From positions 28,705-92,704 of the forward strand of contig JANOAV010000040.1 of NCBI GenBank assembly GCA_031411295.1: a stretch of 64,000 bases of DNA, written 5' to 3'. Each line of letters opens with the position of its first letter. Position 1 is the stretch's first letter. The notes beneath the pieces are model-generated. The model was not told the origin of the DNA and searched no databases. It worked only from the letters and a program-made list of their open reading frames with translations. Both the position numbers and the translations under genes were made by a program. Positions 31,001 through 40,091 of this stretch are shown piece by piece. The DNA comes from Verrucomicrobiales bacterium (GTDB lineage Bacteria; Verrucomicrobiota; Verrucomicrobiia; Verrucomicrobiales; V1-33).

Positions 31001-32454
31001 TCGATAACGAAGTCATCGTCCGCTACACTGGACCCGCAACGACACAGCAAATTGCCGTCGAGCAACCCAGCGCCGCGCCATTGACCGATGGCTCCAGCAC
31101 CGTGGCCTACGGCAGTGTGAACGTCGGCAGCACGCTTTCGCAGACTTTTGTGATTCGAAATAGCAGCGCCACCAACGCGCTCAGCATCACCGGCGTCACT
31201 ATCGATGGCACAAACGGCAGCCAATTCACGGTCACCACCTCGCCTGCCAGCAGCATCGCCGCCAGTGGCAGCACAACGCTGGTCGTGCAGTTCGCGCCGA
31301 CCACCGCCGGAGCCAAGACCGCAGCCATTCACATCGCCAGCAGTGATGCCTCAGTGGGTGCTGCCTTTGACATCAATCTCAGTGGCACTGGTGCTGTCGC
31401 CCCACCGACCATCACGAATCCACGCACATCGCCTAACACACAAACGTATGCCGACAATGTGTGGGTCACCGCACAACTTGCCGCCGCCTCCGGCGCGACG
31501 ATCAACACCGCGCAATTGACCTACAGCGACGGCACGCAGACCACGTCCACGGTCTTTGCCGAGACGATGGCAAACGTCGCAACGGCCGGCACCGCCGGCT
31601 GGGACGGCACGGGAGCGAATTTTCCGTGGAGCATCACCAGCAGCGGTGGTGATACGAAGCAAACGATCGCGGCCAATCGCGGCACTGGCAACATTTGCGG
31701 ACTTGAGTTTGGCAAAGGAGCGACCAACCCCACCGCAACGATGGCGGCAACGACCAACGCGATCAACGCGAGCGGCACCGCAGGCACCATTCAGTTTTGG
31801 GCAGCAACCTCGAATCTCGTCGCCGGACTCGGCTGGAATTTCCAACTCTCAACCGACGGCACCGCATGGACCACGCGCCTCAGCGAAGCAACAGGCGTCA
31901 ACCATGTTCATCAAATCAACTCCTACACGCTTCAAGCCAGCGAACGGGTGGGCAAGCTGCGGATGCGTTTTCAATTCATCGGCAACGGCACGGGCGGCCC
32001 GACGGGACCGAAGGCGCAGTTTGACGATATCACCGTGGTCACCACGACCGGCGCGCCGCCCACGACGGTGACGATGTTTGATGATGGATTGCACGGCGAC
32101 GGCATCGCAGGCGACGGTGTGTTTGGTGCGCAAATCCCGGTGCAGACTGCCGGCAAAACCATCACCTACAGCCTCAGCGTGACGGACAGCAACGGCAGCA
32201 CCACCACATCCGCCGCCGCCGCGAGCTACATCGTCAGCGCAATCACTCCACCCGCAAACTTCACCGCGACCGCCACGCGAAGCGGCAACAACGTGATCAT
32301 CCAATGGCCCACGCAAGCAGGCATCAGCTATTCCGTCCAAACGTCGGATAACCTGATCAACTGGACCAACATCCCGGTTGGCCAAGTCGGGACGTGGACC
32401 GACACCGGCGCAATTCTAACGACGCCGAAGCGGTTTTATCGCGTGATGCGGTAA
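28051..32454 (+). CDS. Large secreted protein: YHYH domain, two DUF1566/Lcl domains, Ig-like and beta-sandwich modules, FYRV tail
   Basis: Signal peptide; DYHYH, DGYPIYG, GYHYH; two D..TGLMW...W..A...GG..DWRLP...E repeats; C-terminal KRFYRV. Confidence 0.8.
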   Translation: MKPPSSHALIPLCASAVLMLGVAGAHDAHHRDVITASGYRLTGEAAAAELEAAANRLSASAEPESSAATKGWEPVVYAPPAGNGTLLAASFAPFKPYVRYYWDSTYFYAEGDSMPPPGLMPTPMVGITAWQQQLPIPVGYFGNVTNPETDTASLGYGKPNVWRIPLVPVPAAAPISLTGNFLRGAVAIGANGIPIFNPRNNTGQFSQAIGELDSYGGHCGRADDYHYHIAPVHLYSVLSPDKPCAWALDGYPIYGYLEPDGTAQQALDGDGGHTHGTWGYHYHARGTAATGPQSPYLMNAMHGTVVNYGGQIDPQPTASSIAPAGSPLAGAAITGFARPSKDSYVLTYTVGGASYNVAYSINRIAHTVTVNTQSPTNPTGTSATYTNASRFSYYPMSGPSMAKLPDTGQTLNATATAGEDSDYTINAPTFTDNGNSTVTDAVTGLMWQKTDSGEMTWENAVAGAASITLGGFSDWRLPTAQEAFSILNHNSNPALNSTYFVNHASGTPGYWWTSDLFYGDNTKAWATNAGGGLGPHPKTSTISAGGTLRFHARYVRGANPTLGHNYLNNGDGTITDLDTGLMWTQAPSTAMSWSNSLTYAEGLTLGGFNDWRLPNVKELQSLQDITRATASAVTTVPCLNRMLFPAATATAYWSSTSVKAGTPTNAWLVDFGVTTTATPSRNQQGIVSYEPYAATYPVFAVRTAELSVSRSISQGLATTNTTNLYPAGQRVSGVGTSTATDATTRTVPAATQFTTATKASDLYNETTNVTPANIAAVNLANVPIITVDADGEVITGYLFADNYFELYVNGTLVAVDPVPYTPFNSCVVKFRAKRPITYAVKLVDWEENLGIGSELNGGSAYHAGDGGFMASFSDGTVTGPAWKAQSFYIAPLNDPAFVVEQPNGTHDSSAAGLLTPTLNQNSYALHYAVPANWYAKAFSDAGWPAATTYTEAIVGVNDKPAYTNFPAQFSNSGAQFIWSSNLVLDNEVIVRYTGPATTQQIAVEQPSAAPLTDGSSTVAYGSVNVGSTLSQTFVIRNSSATNALSITGVTIDGTNGSQFTVTTSPASSIAASGSTTLVVQFAPTTAGAKTAAIHIASSDASVGAAFDINLSGTGAVAPPTITNPRTSPNTQTYADNVWVTAQLAAASGATINTAQLTYSDGTQTTSTVFAETMANVATAGTAGWDGTGANFPWSITSSGGDTKQTIAANRGTGNICGLEFGKGATNPTATMAATTNAINASGTAGTIQFWAATSNLVAGLGWNFQLSTDGTAWTTRLSEATGVNHVHQINSYTLQASERVGKLRMRFQFIGNGTGGPTGPKAQFDDITVVTTTGAPPTTVTMFDDGLHGDGIAGDGVFGAQIPVQTAGKTITYSLSVTDSNGSTTTSAAAASYIVSAITPPANFTATATRSGNNVIIQWPTQAGISYSVQTSDNLINWTNIPVGQVGTWTDTGAILTTPKRFYRVMR

Positions 32455-32474
32455 AGGGATCACGACACGCTGAT

Positions 32475-34613
32475 ATGAAATACTCCATCGCATTTTTCCT
32501 CTCGCTCCTCTTTGCGAACAGCAGCTTCGCCACGGCTCCAAACATCGTCATCATTCTCACCGACGACCAGGGCTGGGGCGATGTCGGTTATCATACCGCT
32601 GCAGGCCAGGTGCCGATTCAACCACCTAACATGGATGGCTTCCTTGCGACAGGCATTCGTCTGGAAAAATTCTACGCCACCCCCGTGTGCAGCATCACGC
32701 GTTCATGCCTTCTAACAGGTCGCAACACGATCCGCACGGCTACCGGCAACAATCGCGGCTTGGACCTCAGCGAGCACCTCATGCCGCAGACCTTCAAAGC
32801 CGCTGGTTACCAGACCTACATGTGCGGCAAATGGCATCTCGGCGGTTGGGGAAACAATACCAATACCACCACACTCAACGGCTCCACCTTCACTGTGGTC
32901 CAGGAGAGCGATGCCTACCTGCCGCACAATCGCGGTTGGGACATCCACTACGGCCAGTATGGCGGTGCCATCAATTATTTCACGCACCGGACGAATGATC
33001 CCGGTCTGAACAACGCCGTCGATTGGTGGCTCAACGGCGTCACGCAGAACGAAACAACCGATTTGCAAGGCAACGGCGGTCACTCCACCGACCTGCTAGC
33101 CGACAAGGCGGTCTCGCTCATTCAGAACCGTGATCCGTCGAAACCCATTCTGCTCTACCTCGCCTTCAATGCCGTCCATGCAGGCGTCTCCGCACCAGCC
33201 GCATACATCACCAAGTATCAAAATCTCGGTGTCACCAATTCGGCACGTCGCACCCTCTGTGCCGCCGTGGACTGTATGGACGCCGCCATGGGGCGCGTGC
33301 TCGCCGCCCTTGATACCGCAGGGATCGCTAACAACACCATCGTCCTCTACATGAGTGACAATGGCGGCAATGAACCCACCGGTTCCATCAACGATCCACT
33401 GCGTGGAACCAAGAATCAGGACAGCTACGACGGTGGCAACATTCACACCCCGGCCGCGATCCGTTGGCCCGGTGTGCTGGCAACAAACGTCATCAGCAAT
33501 CAGTATGTCTGGGTGGGCGACATCTTCCCCACTCTCTGCGCCGCCACCGGTGTCACGCCGCAGAACATCAAAGCCTTCGACGGACTCAACCTCTGGCCCG
33601 CACTGCTTTCCATCAACAGTGGCAACCCCAATGGTGTGCAGCGCCCGTCGACCCTCGTCACCTCGGTGACCAAACCCGCCGCGCTCAATATCTTCACCGA
33701 TCCCGTCCTCGGCGGCAGCAAGATGTTCAAACTCATCCGCACCAAAGGTCCGCCTTTGAGCAACGAACTTTTCAATATGACCGATGATCCGTATGAAACC
33801 ACGGATCTCGCTACCAACGCCGCGTATGCCACGATCATCACCACCCTCACAACTCCGATCACCAGCATCACGCCGGAGAACTATCCGCCCCACATCGGTG
33901 AGGCACCGAAGACGCAGAGTGTGCAACAGGGCAGCAGCATCACGCTCTACGCACCCTTCACCAGCTATGGAAAAGTCCCCAGCGTGCAGTGGCGAAAGAA
34001 CACCACACCCATCAGCGGTGCAACCAGCTACTACCAAATCACCGACACGGGCGTCAACGTGAACGGCGTCTTCATGGCCACGCTAACTCTAACTAACGTA
34101 AATAGCACCCACACCGCAAACTACGACGTGATCGTCAGCAGCACCAACGGCAGCGCCACCAGCAGCGCAGGCACCCTAACCGTCATCAAGCCCGTCAGCA
34201 CCCAAAACGACGGCCTCCCCGATACTTGGAAATCCGCCCACGGCATCGACGTGAATTCCACGGCCGCCAGCGATGGCCCGATGGGTGACATCGATTTCGA
34301 CGGTCGCGTCAATCTCCTCGGATACGCGTTCAATACCAATCCCAAGGCCAGCGAAGGCGAAGTCGTTCAAAGCAAGTTGAACTCAGGCTATCTTGAAATC
34401 AAGTTTACTCGGCGGATCGGTGCCGTTGATTTGCTTTACGCAGTGCAAGTCTCCGACAACATCTCGGCATGGTCCGATGCAAGCACCAGTTACCAAATCA
34501 TGAACACCGTGCCCAATGCCGACGGTGTGACTGAAACCGTCACCGCCCGCCTGCTCCCCGCAATCGCAACCACGACGCGGAGATTCGCACGCCTGAAGAT
34601 ATCCACGCAATGA
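32475..34613 (+). CDS. Secreted arylsulfatase-family protein with Ig domain and C-terminal module
   Basis: PNIVIILTDDQGWGD, CSITR, GKWHLG, SDNGG, DP.E; start at MKYSIAF. Confidence 0.9.
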   Translation: MKYSIAFFLSLLFANSSFATAPNIVIILTDDQGWGDVGYHTAAGQVPIQPPNMDGFLATGIRLEKFYATPVCSITRSCLLTGRNTIRTATGNNRGLDLSEHLMPQTFKAAGYQTYMCGKWHLGGWGNNTNTTTLNGSTFTVVQESDAYLPHNRGWDIHYGQYGGAINYFTHRTNDPGLNNAVDWWLNGVTQNETTDLQGNGGHSTDLLADKAVSLIQNRDPSKPILLYLAFNAVHAGVSAPAAYITKYQNLGVTNSARRTLCAAVDCMDAAMGRVLAALDTAGIANNTIVLYMSDNGGNEPTGSINDPLRGTKNQDSYDGGNIHTPAAIRWPGVLATNVISNQYVWVGDIFPTLCAATGVTPQNIKAFDGLNLWPALLSINSGNPNGVQRPSTLVTSVTKPAALNIFTDPVLGGSKMFKLIRTKGPPLSNELFNMTDDPYETTDLATNAAYATIITTLTTPITSITPENYPPHIGEAPKTQSVQQGSSITLYAPFTSYGKVPSVQWRKNTTPISGATSYYQITDTGVNVNGVFMATLTLTNVNSTHTANYDVIVSSTNGSATSSAGTLTVIKPVSTQNDGLPDTWKSAHGIDVNSTAASDGPMGDIDFDGRVNLLGYAFNTNPKASEGEVVQSKLNSGYLEIKFTRRIGAVDLLYAVQVSDNISAWSDASTSYQIMNTVPNADGVTETVTARLLPAIATTTRRFARLKISTQ

Positions 34614-37600
34614 TCGAATCCATGAAACTTCACCTCATAGCATTTTACCTGTGCCTCGCATTCACCATGGCCGCCCGTGCGAGCGACAACATCCTGTTGA
34701 TTATTGCCGACGACTTCGGGCTTGATGCCAGTGCGGTATTCAACACCAGCCCGGGCGCGTCGCTCGCGCCAACACCTAACATCGCATCATTGGCTGCGAA
34801 TGGAGTCAAATTCACGAACGCCTATAGCTATTCGGTCTGCTCGCCGGCCCGGTCTTCGGTCCTGACAGGCCGGTTCGGATTTCGCACGGGCACGGCCAAT
34901 GTCACGGGCGGCACCACCTCGAACAACTCGCTGAAGGCTGCGGAATTCACGCTGCCGGACGCGTTCGCCGCCAACAGCGGCTTGAACTATCAGCTCAAAC
35001 ACCTCGGCAAATGGCATCTTGGCGGCACGAGCACCGCCCCTTGTCTCATCGGCGGTTGGCCTTCGTTTTCGGGAGCCTTGATCGGGGAAATCACCGACTA
35101 TGTCAATTGGACGAAAGTCACGGGCAGCGGCGCGAGCGCGAGCAGCAGCACCGTCACGACTTATGCGACTACGGAAAACGTCAATGATGCCCTTGCGTTC
35201 ATCAGCACCCAGACCACAGCCGGTAAGCCATGGTTCACCTGGCTCGCGTTCAACGCGCCGCACACCCCGTATCACAAACCGCCTAATTCGCTGTGCCCGA
35301 CCTATGCTTCGCTCAGCGGCACGGCCGCGGACATCACAGCGAATCAGCAGAGCTACTACAACGCCGCCATCGAGGCGATGGACACCGAGATCGGCCGCTT
35401 GCTTGCCGGGGTGAATCTGAACACGACCACCGTCATTTTCATCGGTGACAACGGCACGCCGAACGCCACGCTGCAAACACCTTACCCAGCGACCAGAGGC
35501 AAGGCCACGCTCTACGAGGGCGGCATCCGCGTGCCGATGATCATTCGGGGCCCCGGTGTGGTTTCTCCCGGCCGCAGCTCAGCGGTTCTCACGAATGTCG
35601 TGGATCTTTACTCGACGATTCTTGATCTCGCCGGCATCAACATCGCAAGCACGGTTCCGCCAACTAGCGTGCTGGACTCGCAGAGTTTGCTGACGGTGCT
35701 GCAGAACCAGTCCGTCACCCGCGTGCGCACCTTCGACGACTACTGGGATCTCGCATCTCCCACGCTGACTAACAGCGGTCGGATCATCCGCGACGCACAG
35801 TATAAGCTCATCCGGCTCAAAGCGGGCTCGGACCTGTTCTACAATCTCACCGCGGATCCTTATGAGGGCACGAACCTCATTGAGGGTGGCGTCGGCTCGA
35901 TGACCGTTCCGCAACAGACGGCCTACAACAGCCTCGTAGCCCAACTCGGAAGCTACAACACAGCACCAACGGTCAGTAACATCGCTGGCCAAAACATCGC
36001 GCCAAACACCGCGACGGCCGCCATTCCCTTCACCGTGGGCGATGGAGAATTGTCCACATCGATCGTCTCAGTGACCGGCGCGTCGTCGAATACCACACTC
36101 GTGCCCACCGCGAATGTCGTCATTGGTGGCAGCGACGCCAACCGCACGGTCACCGTCACTCCCGCCACAGGGCAGACCGGCACGTCCACCATCACCGTGA
36201 GCGCGACCGACGGCATCTTTACCACGGATTCGAGCTTCGTCCTCACGGTCGCCGTCCCCACTCCGCCGACGATCACGTCAATTACGACCAATCCCGCAAC
36301 GCCGACTCACACCGACACCGTGACCGTCTCGGCCGATGTTCAGCCGTCGAGCGGCCGCGCCCTGACAAACGTTCAACTCACCTACAGCACCGGCACGGTC
36401 ACCACGAGCACGGTTTTCTCTGAGACGATGGGCACATCGGCGGGTGCATGGACAACGGCAGGCAATCTCGGCACTGACAACCCCTGGACCGTTACCTTTC
36501 CCGGCGGCCCGCCGAATCCCTACACTCAGACTACCGCCGCGAATACCGGGACGGGCAATCTTCACGGGATGGAGTTCAACCGCGGCTCGACAAACTTCAC
36601 GGACAAATTCATCACGACCACCAATGCCATCAACGCGGCGGGAGCCACGGGTTACGTCGAATTTTACATTGCGACCGCCAATCTTGCCAGCGGTATCGGT
36701 TGGACCTTCCAGACGTCGCCAGACGGCACCAACTGGACCACTCGGCTGAGTGAAACAGCGGGGGCGAGTCACGTCTATCAACTCTATCGTTACGATCTAG
36801 CAGCCAGCGAACGCGTCAGCACACTCAAGCTGCGCTTTCAGTTTGCAGGCAACGCCACTGTGAATCCGGCATCCAAGATCAGTTTGGATTTCATCAAAGT
36901 CGTCACCACCACCGGATCCGGCCCTGTGATCCTGGCGATGACGGGCGCGACCGGAGGCGGTGTATTTTCCGCGACGATCCCCGCGCAAATCTCCGGCACG
37001 CCCGTAACCTATACGATCACCGCAACGGACAGCGCGGCGGGCGTCACGACGAGTTCGGGCAACTCCTACACCGTCGGCACGGCGTTGCCGGTGCTCACGG
37101 TGACACCGGCAACGGGGCTGACTTCCAGCGGCAATCAAGGCGGCGCATTCTCCCCTTCGAGCGCAGCCTACACGCTCACTAACACTGGCATGGGCACCAT
37201 GAGCTGGACTGCCGGCAAATTGGCCGCGTGGCTCACGCTCAGCCCGTCAAGCGGCACGCTAGCCGCGGGTGCGAACGCCTCTGTCACCGTAAGCATCAAT
37301 GCCACGGCGAACACGCTCGGGATCGGAAGCTACAACGACACGGTTACTTTCACGAACAACACAAACGCTGCGGGCAACACCAGCCGGGCCGTCAGTCTCA
37401 CGGTTAACTCCAGCACTCCACCCGCCGCGCCAGCGCTCGGCGCGCTCCCGGCGTTCAGCCAAGGCGCGTCGAAGACCGTCTCCTGGCCCGCCGTGGCCGG
37501 AGCGACGAGTTATACATTCGAGGTCTCCGCGACTTCCAGTTTCAACAGCGTGCACGCCTCGCAGACCGTCACGAGTCCGACCGCGAGCTTCTCGAATCTC

Positions 37601-39598
37601 GTGAACGGCGTGACGTATTACTATCGCTTCCTCGCCACGAACAACATTGGCTCGTCGACCTACAGCAATGTCGTTTCCTCGACGCAGGACACCGTCGCGC
37701 CGCTCGTCGCCATCACTTCGCCAGCATCGGGCACATCGACGGCGACAAATACGATCACTGTCATTGGCACTGGCTCCGATCCGGTCTCGGGCATCGGCAA
37801 AGTGACGGTGAACGGCGTCACCGCGAGCACCTCGAACAACTTTGCGAACTGGAGCATCACCGTCCCGCTTGGCTTCGGCACGAACGGCATCACCGCCGTC
37901 GCCTACGACGGCGCGGGCAATGTGAAGACCACCACGCCCGTTCTCGTCACGCTCACCGCCGCGCAAACCTACAACCCGCTGATCATCCCCGAGGTGATCA
38001 CCGGCACCACGTTCGATCTGAACCTGCACACCGCGACCAAACAGTTGCTCGCCGGCGCGGTCACTAACACCTATGCCTACAACAACATGCTGTTCTGGGG
38101 TCCTACGCTCATCATGAATAAAGGCGATTGGGTGCAGATGAATGTCACTAACAGCCTTACCGACACAACGACCACGCACTGGCACGGCTTTCACATTCCG
38201 GCGATCATGGATGGCGGCCCGCACCAGACGATCCCCGCTGGCACGACTTGGAAACCGAGTTTCAAGGTCGATAACAATGCGGGGCTCTACTGGTATCACC
38301 CGCATCTACACGAGTTCACGCAGCAGCAACTCACCCGAGGCGGCGGCGGCCTGATCATTATCCGCGATCCGGAGGAGGCCGCGCTCAACCTTCCGCGCAC
38401 CTATGGAGTGGACGACATCCCGCTCGCCCTCACCAGTCGCCGATTTTTAACCGGGGGCGCAAATACCAATCAGTTCGCCACCACCAACTCGGCCTACGGC
38501 GACTATATGGTCGTCAATGGAACGATGAATCCGCAGGTCACCCTGCCGCGGCAGTATGTCCGGCTGCGGATTCTGAACGCCGAGATCGAGCGAAGCTACA
38601 ACCTCGGTTTCAGCGACGGCCGCACGTTCTATCAAATCGCAACCGACGGCGGACTCGTGGACGTGCCGATTCCACTAACCCGACTGGTGCTCGCAGTCGG
38701 TGAACGCACGGAGATTCTTGTGGATCTCACCGGATCGACCGAAGGATCGACCTTGGACCTGCAGTCATTCAATTCCGGGCAGACCGTCGATTTCCCTGGG
38801 AGCGAGCCAACCACGGTCGGCCAGTTCGGCAGCCTGCTGAACAACACGACCTTCAACATCCTGCGGATCAATGTCGGCCCGACGACCGCTAACCCCGTGA
38901 CCACCCGGCCAGCGACCCTCAAGACCAATACTTTCTGGGCCGGGGCTGATGTCACCAAAGATCGCGCACTTCAAATCACCGGCGGCATCGGTGGCGCCAC
39001 GGACTGGTCCTTCGACAACCTCCCGTTCTCACCCTCGGTCATCAACCAGACGCTGAATCTCAACGCAGTCGAGCGATGGACGATTACGAACAACTCGGGC
39101 TTCAGCCACTCGTTCCACATCCACGACATCCAATTCTACATGACCGGCCGGACCGGTGGCTCCAACTCCGGACTCAAGGCTTTCGAGGCAGGCTGGAAGG
39201 ATACCCTATTTATCGGGCGGCTTCAGACAGTGACCTTCATCGCCAAGTTCGACGGCTTCGCCAGCAACACGAATCCCTTCATGTATCACTGCCATTTCTC
39301 GAATCATGAGGACGAGGGGCTGATGGGGCAGTTCGTCGTCGTCAACAATGCGGTCGAAGATCTCGCCATCGCCAGCTTCACCCGCACCGGCAGCAACAAC
39401 GAAATCAGCCTGGCGTTCAAAGCCACTCCCGGCACGACCTACACCCTGCAATATTCTCCCAACATGACCACCGGCAGTTGGACCCAAATCGGCTCGGTGA
39501 CCAGCGACGGCACTTCCGCCAATTTCACCGAGACGGACGGCACCCGCCTGGCACAACAAAGAGGCTTCTATCGGGTCACCATTCCGACAATTCCTTAA
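34610..39598 (+). CDS. Secreted sulfatase - Ig/BACON/FN3 stalk - multicopper oxidase fusion
   Basis: N-terminal NILLIIADD, CSPAR, GKWHL, GDNG; C-terminal HWHG, WYHPH, HSFHIH, YHCH...HED; single 1662-aa ORF. Confidence 0.9.
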   Translation: MIESMKLHLIAFYLCLAFTMAARASDNILLIIADDFGLDASAVFNTSPGASLAPTPNIASLAANGVKFTNAYSYSVCSPARSSVLTGRFGFRTGTANVTGGTTSNNSLKAAEFTLPDAFAANSGLNYQLKHLGKWHLGGTSTAPCLIGGWPSFSGALIGEITDYVNWTKVTGSGASASSSTVTTYATTENVNDALAFISTQTTAGKPWFTWLAFNAPHTPYHKPPNSLCPTYASLSGTAADITANQQSYYNAAIEAMDTEIGRLLAGVNLNTTTVIFIGDNGTPNATLQTPYPATRGKATLYEGGIRVPMIIRGPGVVSPGRSSAVLTNVVDLYSTILDLAGINIASTVPPTSVLDSQSLLTVLQNQSVTRVRTFDDYWDLASPTLTNSGRIIRDAQYKLIRLKAGSDLFYNLTADPYEGTNLIEGGVGSMTVPQQTAYNSLVAQLGSYNTAPTVSNIAGQNIAPNTATAAIPFTVGDGELSTSIVSVTGASSNTTLVPTANVVIGGSDANRTVTVTPATGQTGTSTITVSATDGIFTTDSSFVLTVAVPTPPTITSITTNPATPTHTDTVTVSADVQPSSGRALTNVQLTYSTGTVTTSTVFSETMGTSAGAWTTAGNLGTDNPWTVTFPGGPPNPYTQTTAANTGTGNLHGMEFNRGSTNFTDKFITTTNAINAAGATGYVEFYIATANLASGIGWTFQTSPDGTNWTTRLSETAGASHVYQLYRYDLAASERVSTLKLRFQFAGNATVNPASKISLDFIKVVTTTGSGPVILAMTGATGGGVFSATIPAQISGTPVTYTITATDSAAGVTTSSGNSYTVGTALPVLTVTPATGLTSSGNQGGAFSPSSAAYTLTNTGMGTMSWTAGKLAAWLTLSPSSGTLAAGANASVTVSINATANTLGIGSYNDTVTFTNNTNAAGNTSRAVSLTVNSSTPPAAPALGALPAFSQGASKTVSWPAVAGATSYTFEVSATSSFNSVHASQTVTSPTASFSNLVNGVTYYYRFLATNNIGSSTYSNVVSSTQDTVAPLVAITSPASGTSTATNTITVIGTGSDPVSGIGKVTVNGVTASTSNNFANWSITVPLGFGTNGITAVAYDGAGNVKTTTPVLVTLTAAQTYNPLIIPEVITGTTFDLNLHTATKQLLAGAVTNTYAYNNMLFWGPTLIMNKGDWVQMNVTNSLTDTTTTHWHGFHIPAIMDGGPHQTIPAGTTWKPSFKVDNNAGLYWYHPHLHEFTQQQLTRGGGGLIIIRDPEEAALNLPRTYGVDDIPLALTSRRFLTGGANTNQFATTNSAYGDYMVVNGTMNPQVTLPRQYVRLRILNAEIERSYNLGFSDGRTFYQIATDGGLVDVPIPLTRLVLAVGERTEILVDLTGSTEGSTLDLQSFNSGQTVDFPGSEPTTVGQFGSLLNNTTFNILRINVGPTTANPVTTRPATLKTNTFWAGADVTKDRALQITGGIGGATDWSFDNLPFSPSVINQTLNLNAVERWTITNNSGFSHSFHIHDIQFYMTGRTGGSNSGLKAFEAGWKDTLFIGRLQTVTFIAKFDGFASNTNPFMYHCHFSNHEDEGLMGQFVVVNNAVEDLAIASFTRTGSNNEISLAFKATPGTTYTLQYSPNMTTGSWTQIGSVTSDGTSANFTETDGTRLAQQRGFYRVTIPTIP

Positions 39599-39682
39599 CC
39601 GGATACAAGTTCGTCAGGTCGTCTTATCATCCGACCCCTTGGCTGCGTGAGCTTACAGAAATTTGTTCAACTATCACTTGTC

Positions 39683-39703
39683 TATTTGGCCAAATGGCCA
39701 ATA
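39683..39703. promoter_or_regulatory. Putative ArsR operator
   Basis: Inverted repeat TATTTGGCC-AAAT-GGCCAATA about 10 bp upstream of the arsR start. Confidence 0.6.
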
Positions 39704-39712
39704 TTACCCTTA

Positions 39713-40039
39713 ATGAAATGTTCCACCAAGAAGCTTCCACCGCTCAAACCTTCCGATTTCAGGAAGGGCGCGGATATCTTCAAGGCGCTGGCGAATCCCA
39801 GTCGCCTGATGATTGTGAACGCGCTGGGCGAGGGCGAGCGCTGTGTCGCTGATTTAACCGCATTGGTCGGCTTGGATACTTCAACGGTTTCCAAGCACCT
39901 AACCGTGCTGCGCCATGCCGGCATCTTGGTCGATGACCGACGTGGAACGCAGGTCTTTTATGCGCTCCGCACCCCCTGCGTGCTTAGCATCCTTTGTTGT
40001 CTCAATGATTTCCATTCCGAACTTGCGGCAGGGGTTTAG
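39713..40039 (+). CDS. arsR: ArsR/SmtB family transcriptional repressor
   Basis: FKALANPSRL.I...GERCV.DL...STVSKHL..L...G...R.G...FY.L; upstream of arsD. Confidence 0.9.
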   Translation: MKCSTKKLPPLKPSDFRKGADIFKALANPSRLMIVNALGEGERCVADLTALVGLDTSTVSKHLTVLRHAGILVDDRRGTQVFYALRTPCVLSILCCLNDFHSELAAGV

Positions 40040-40091
40040 ACTCCATGTCACCTCATTCCCCAGTTGACCCAATTCTCATTTATTACCCCTC

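Noticed and set aside
33096..38305. Long antisense ORFs (33096-34037, 37259-38305; also 43585-44781)
   Set aside because: Shadows of GC-rich sense genes with no recognisable motifs
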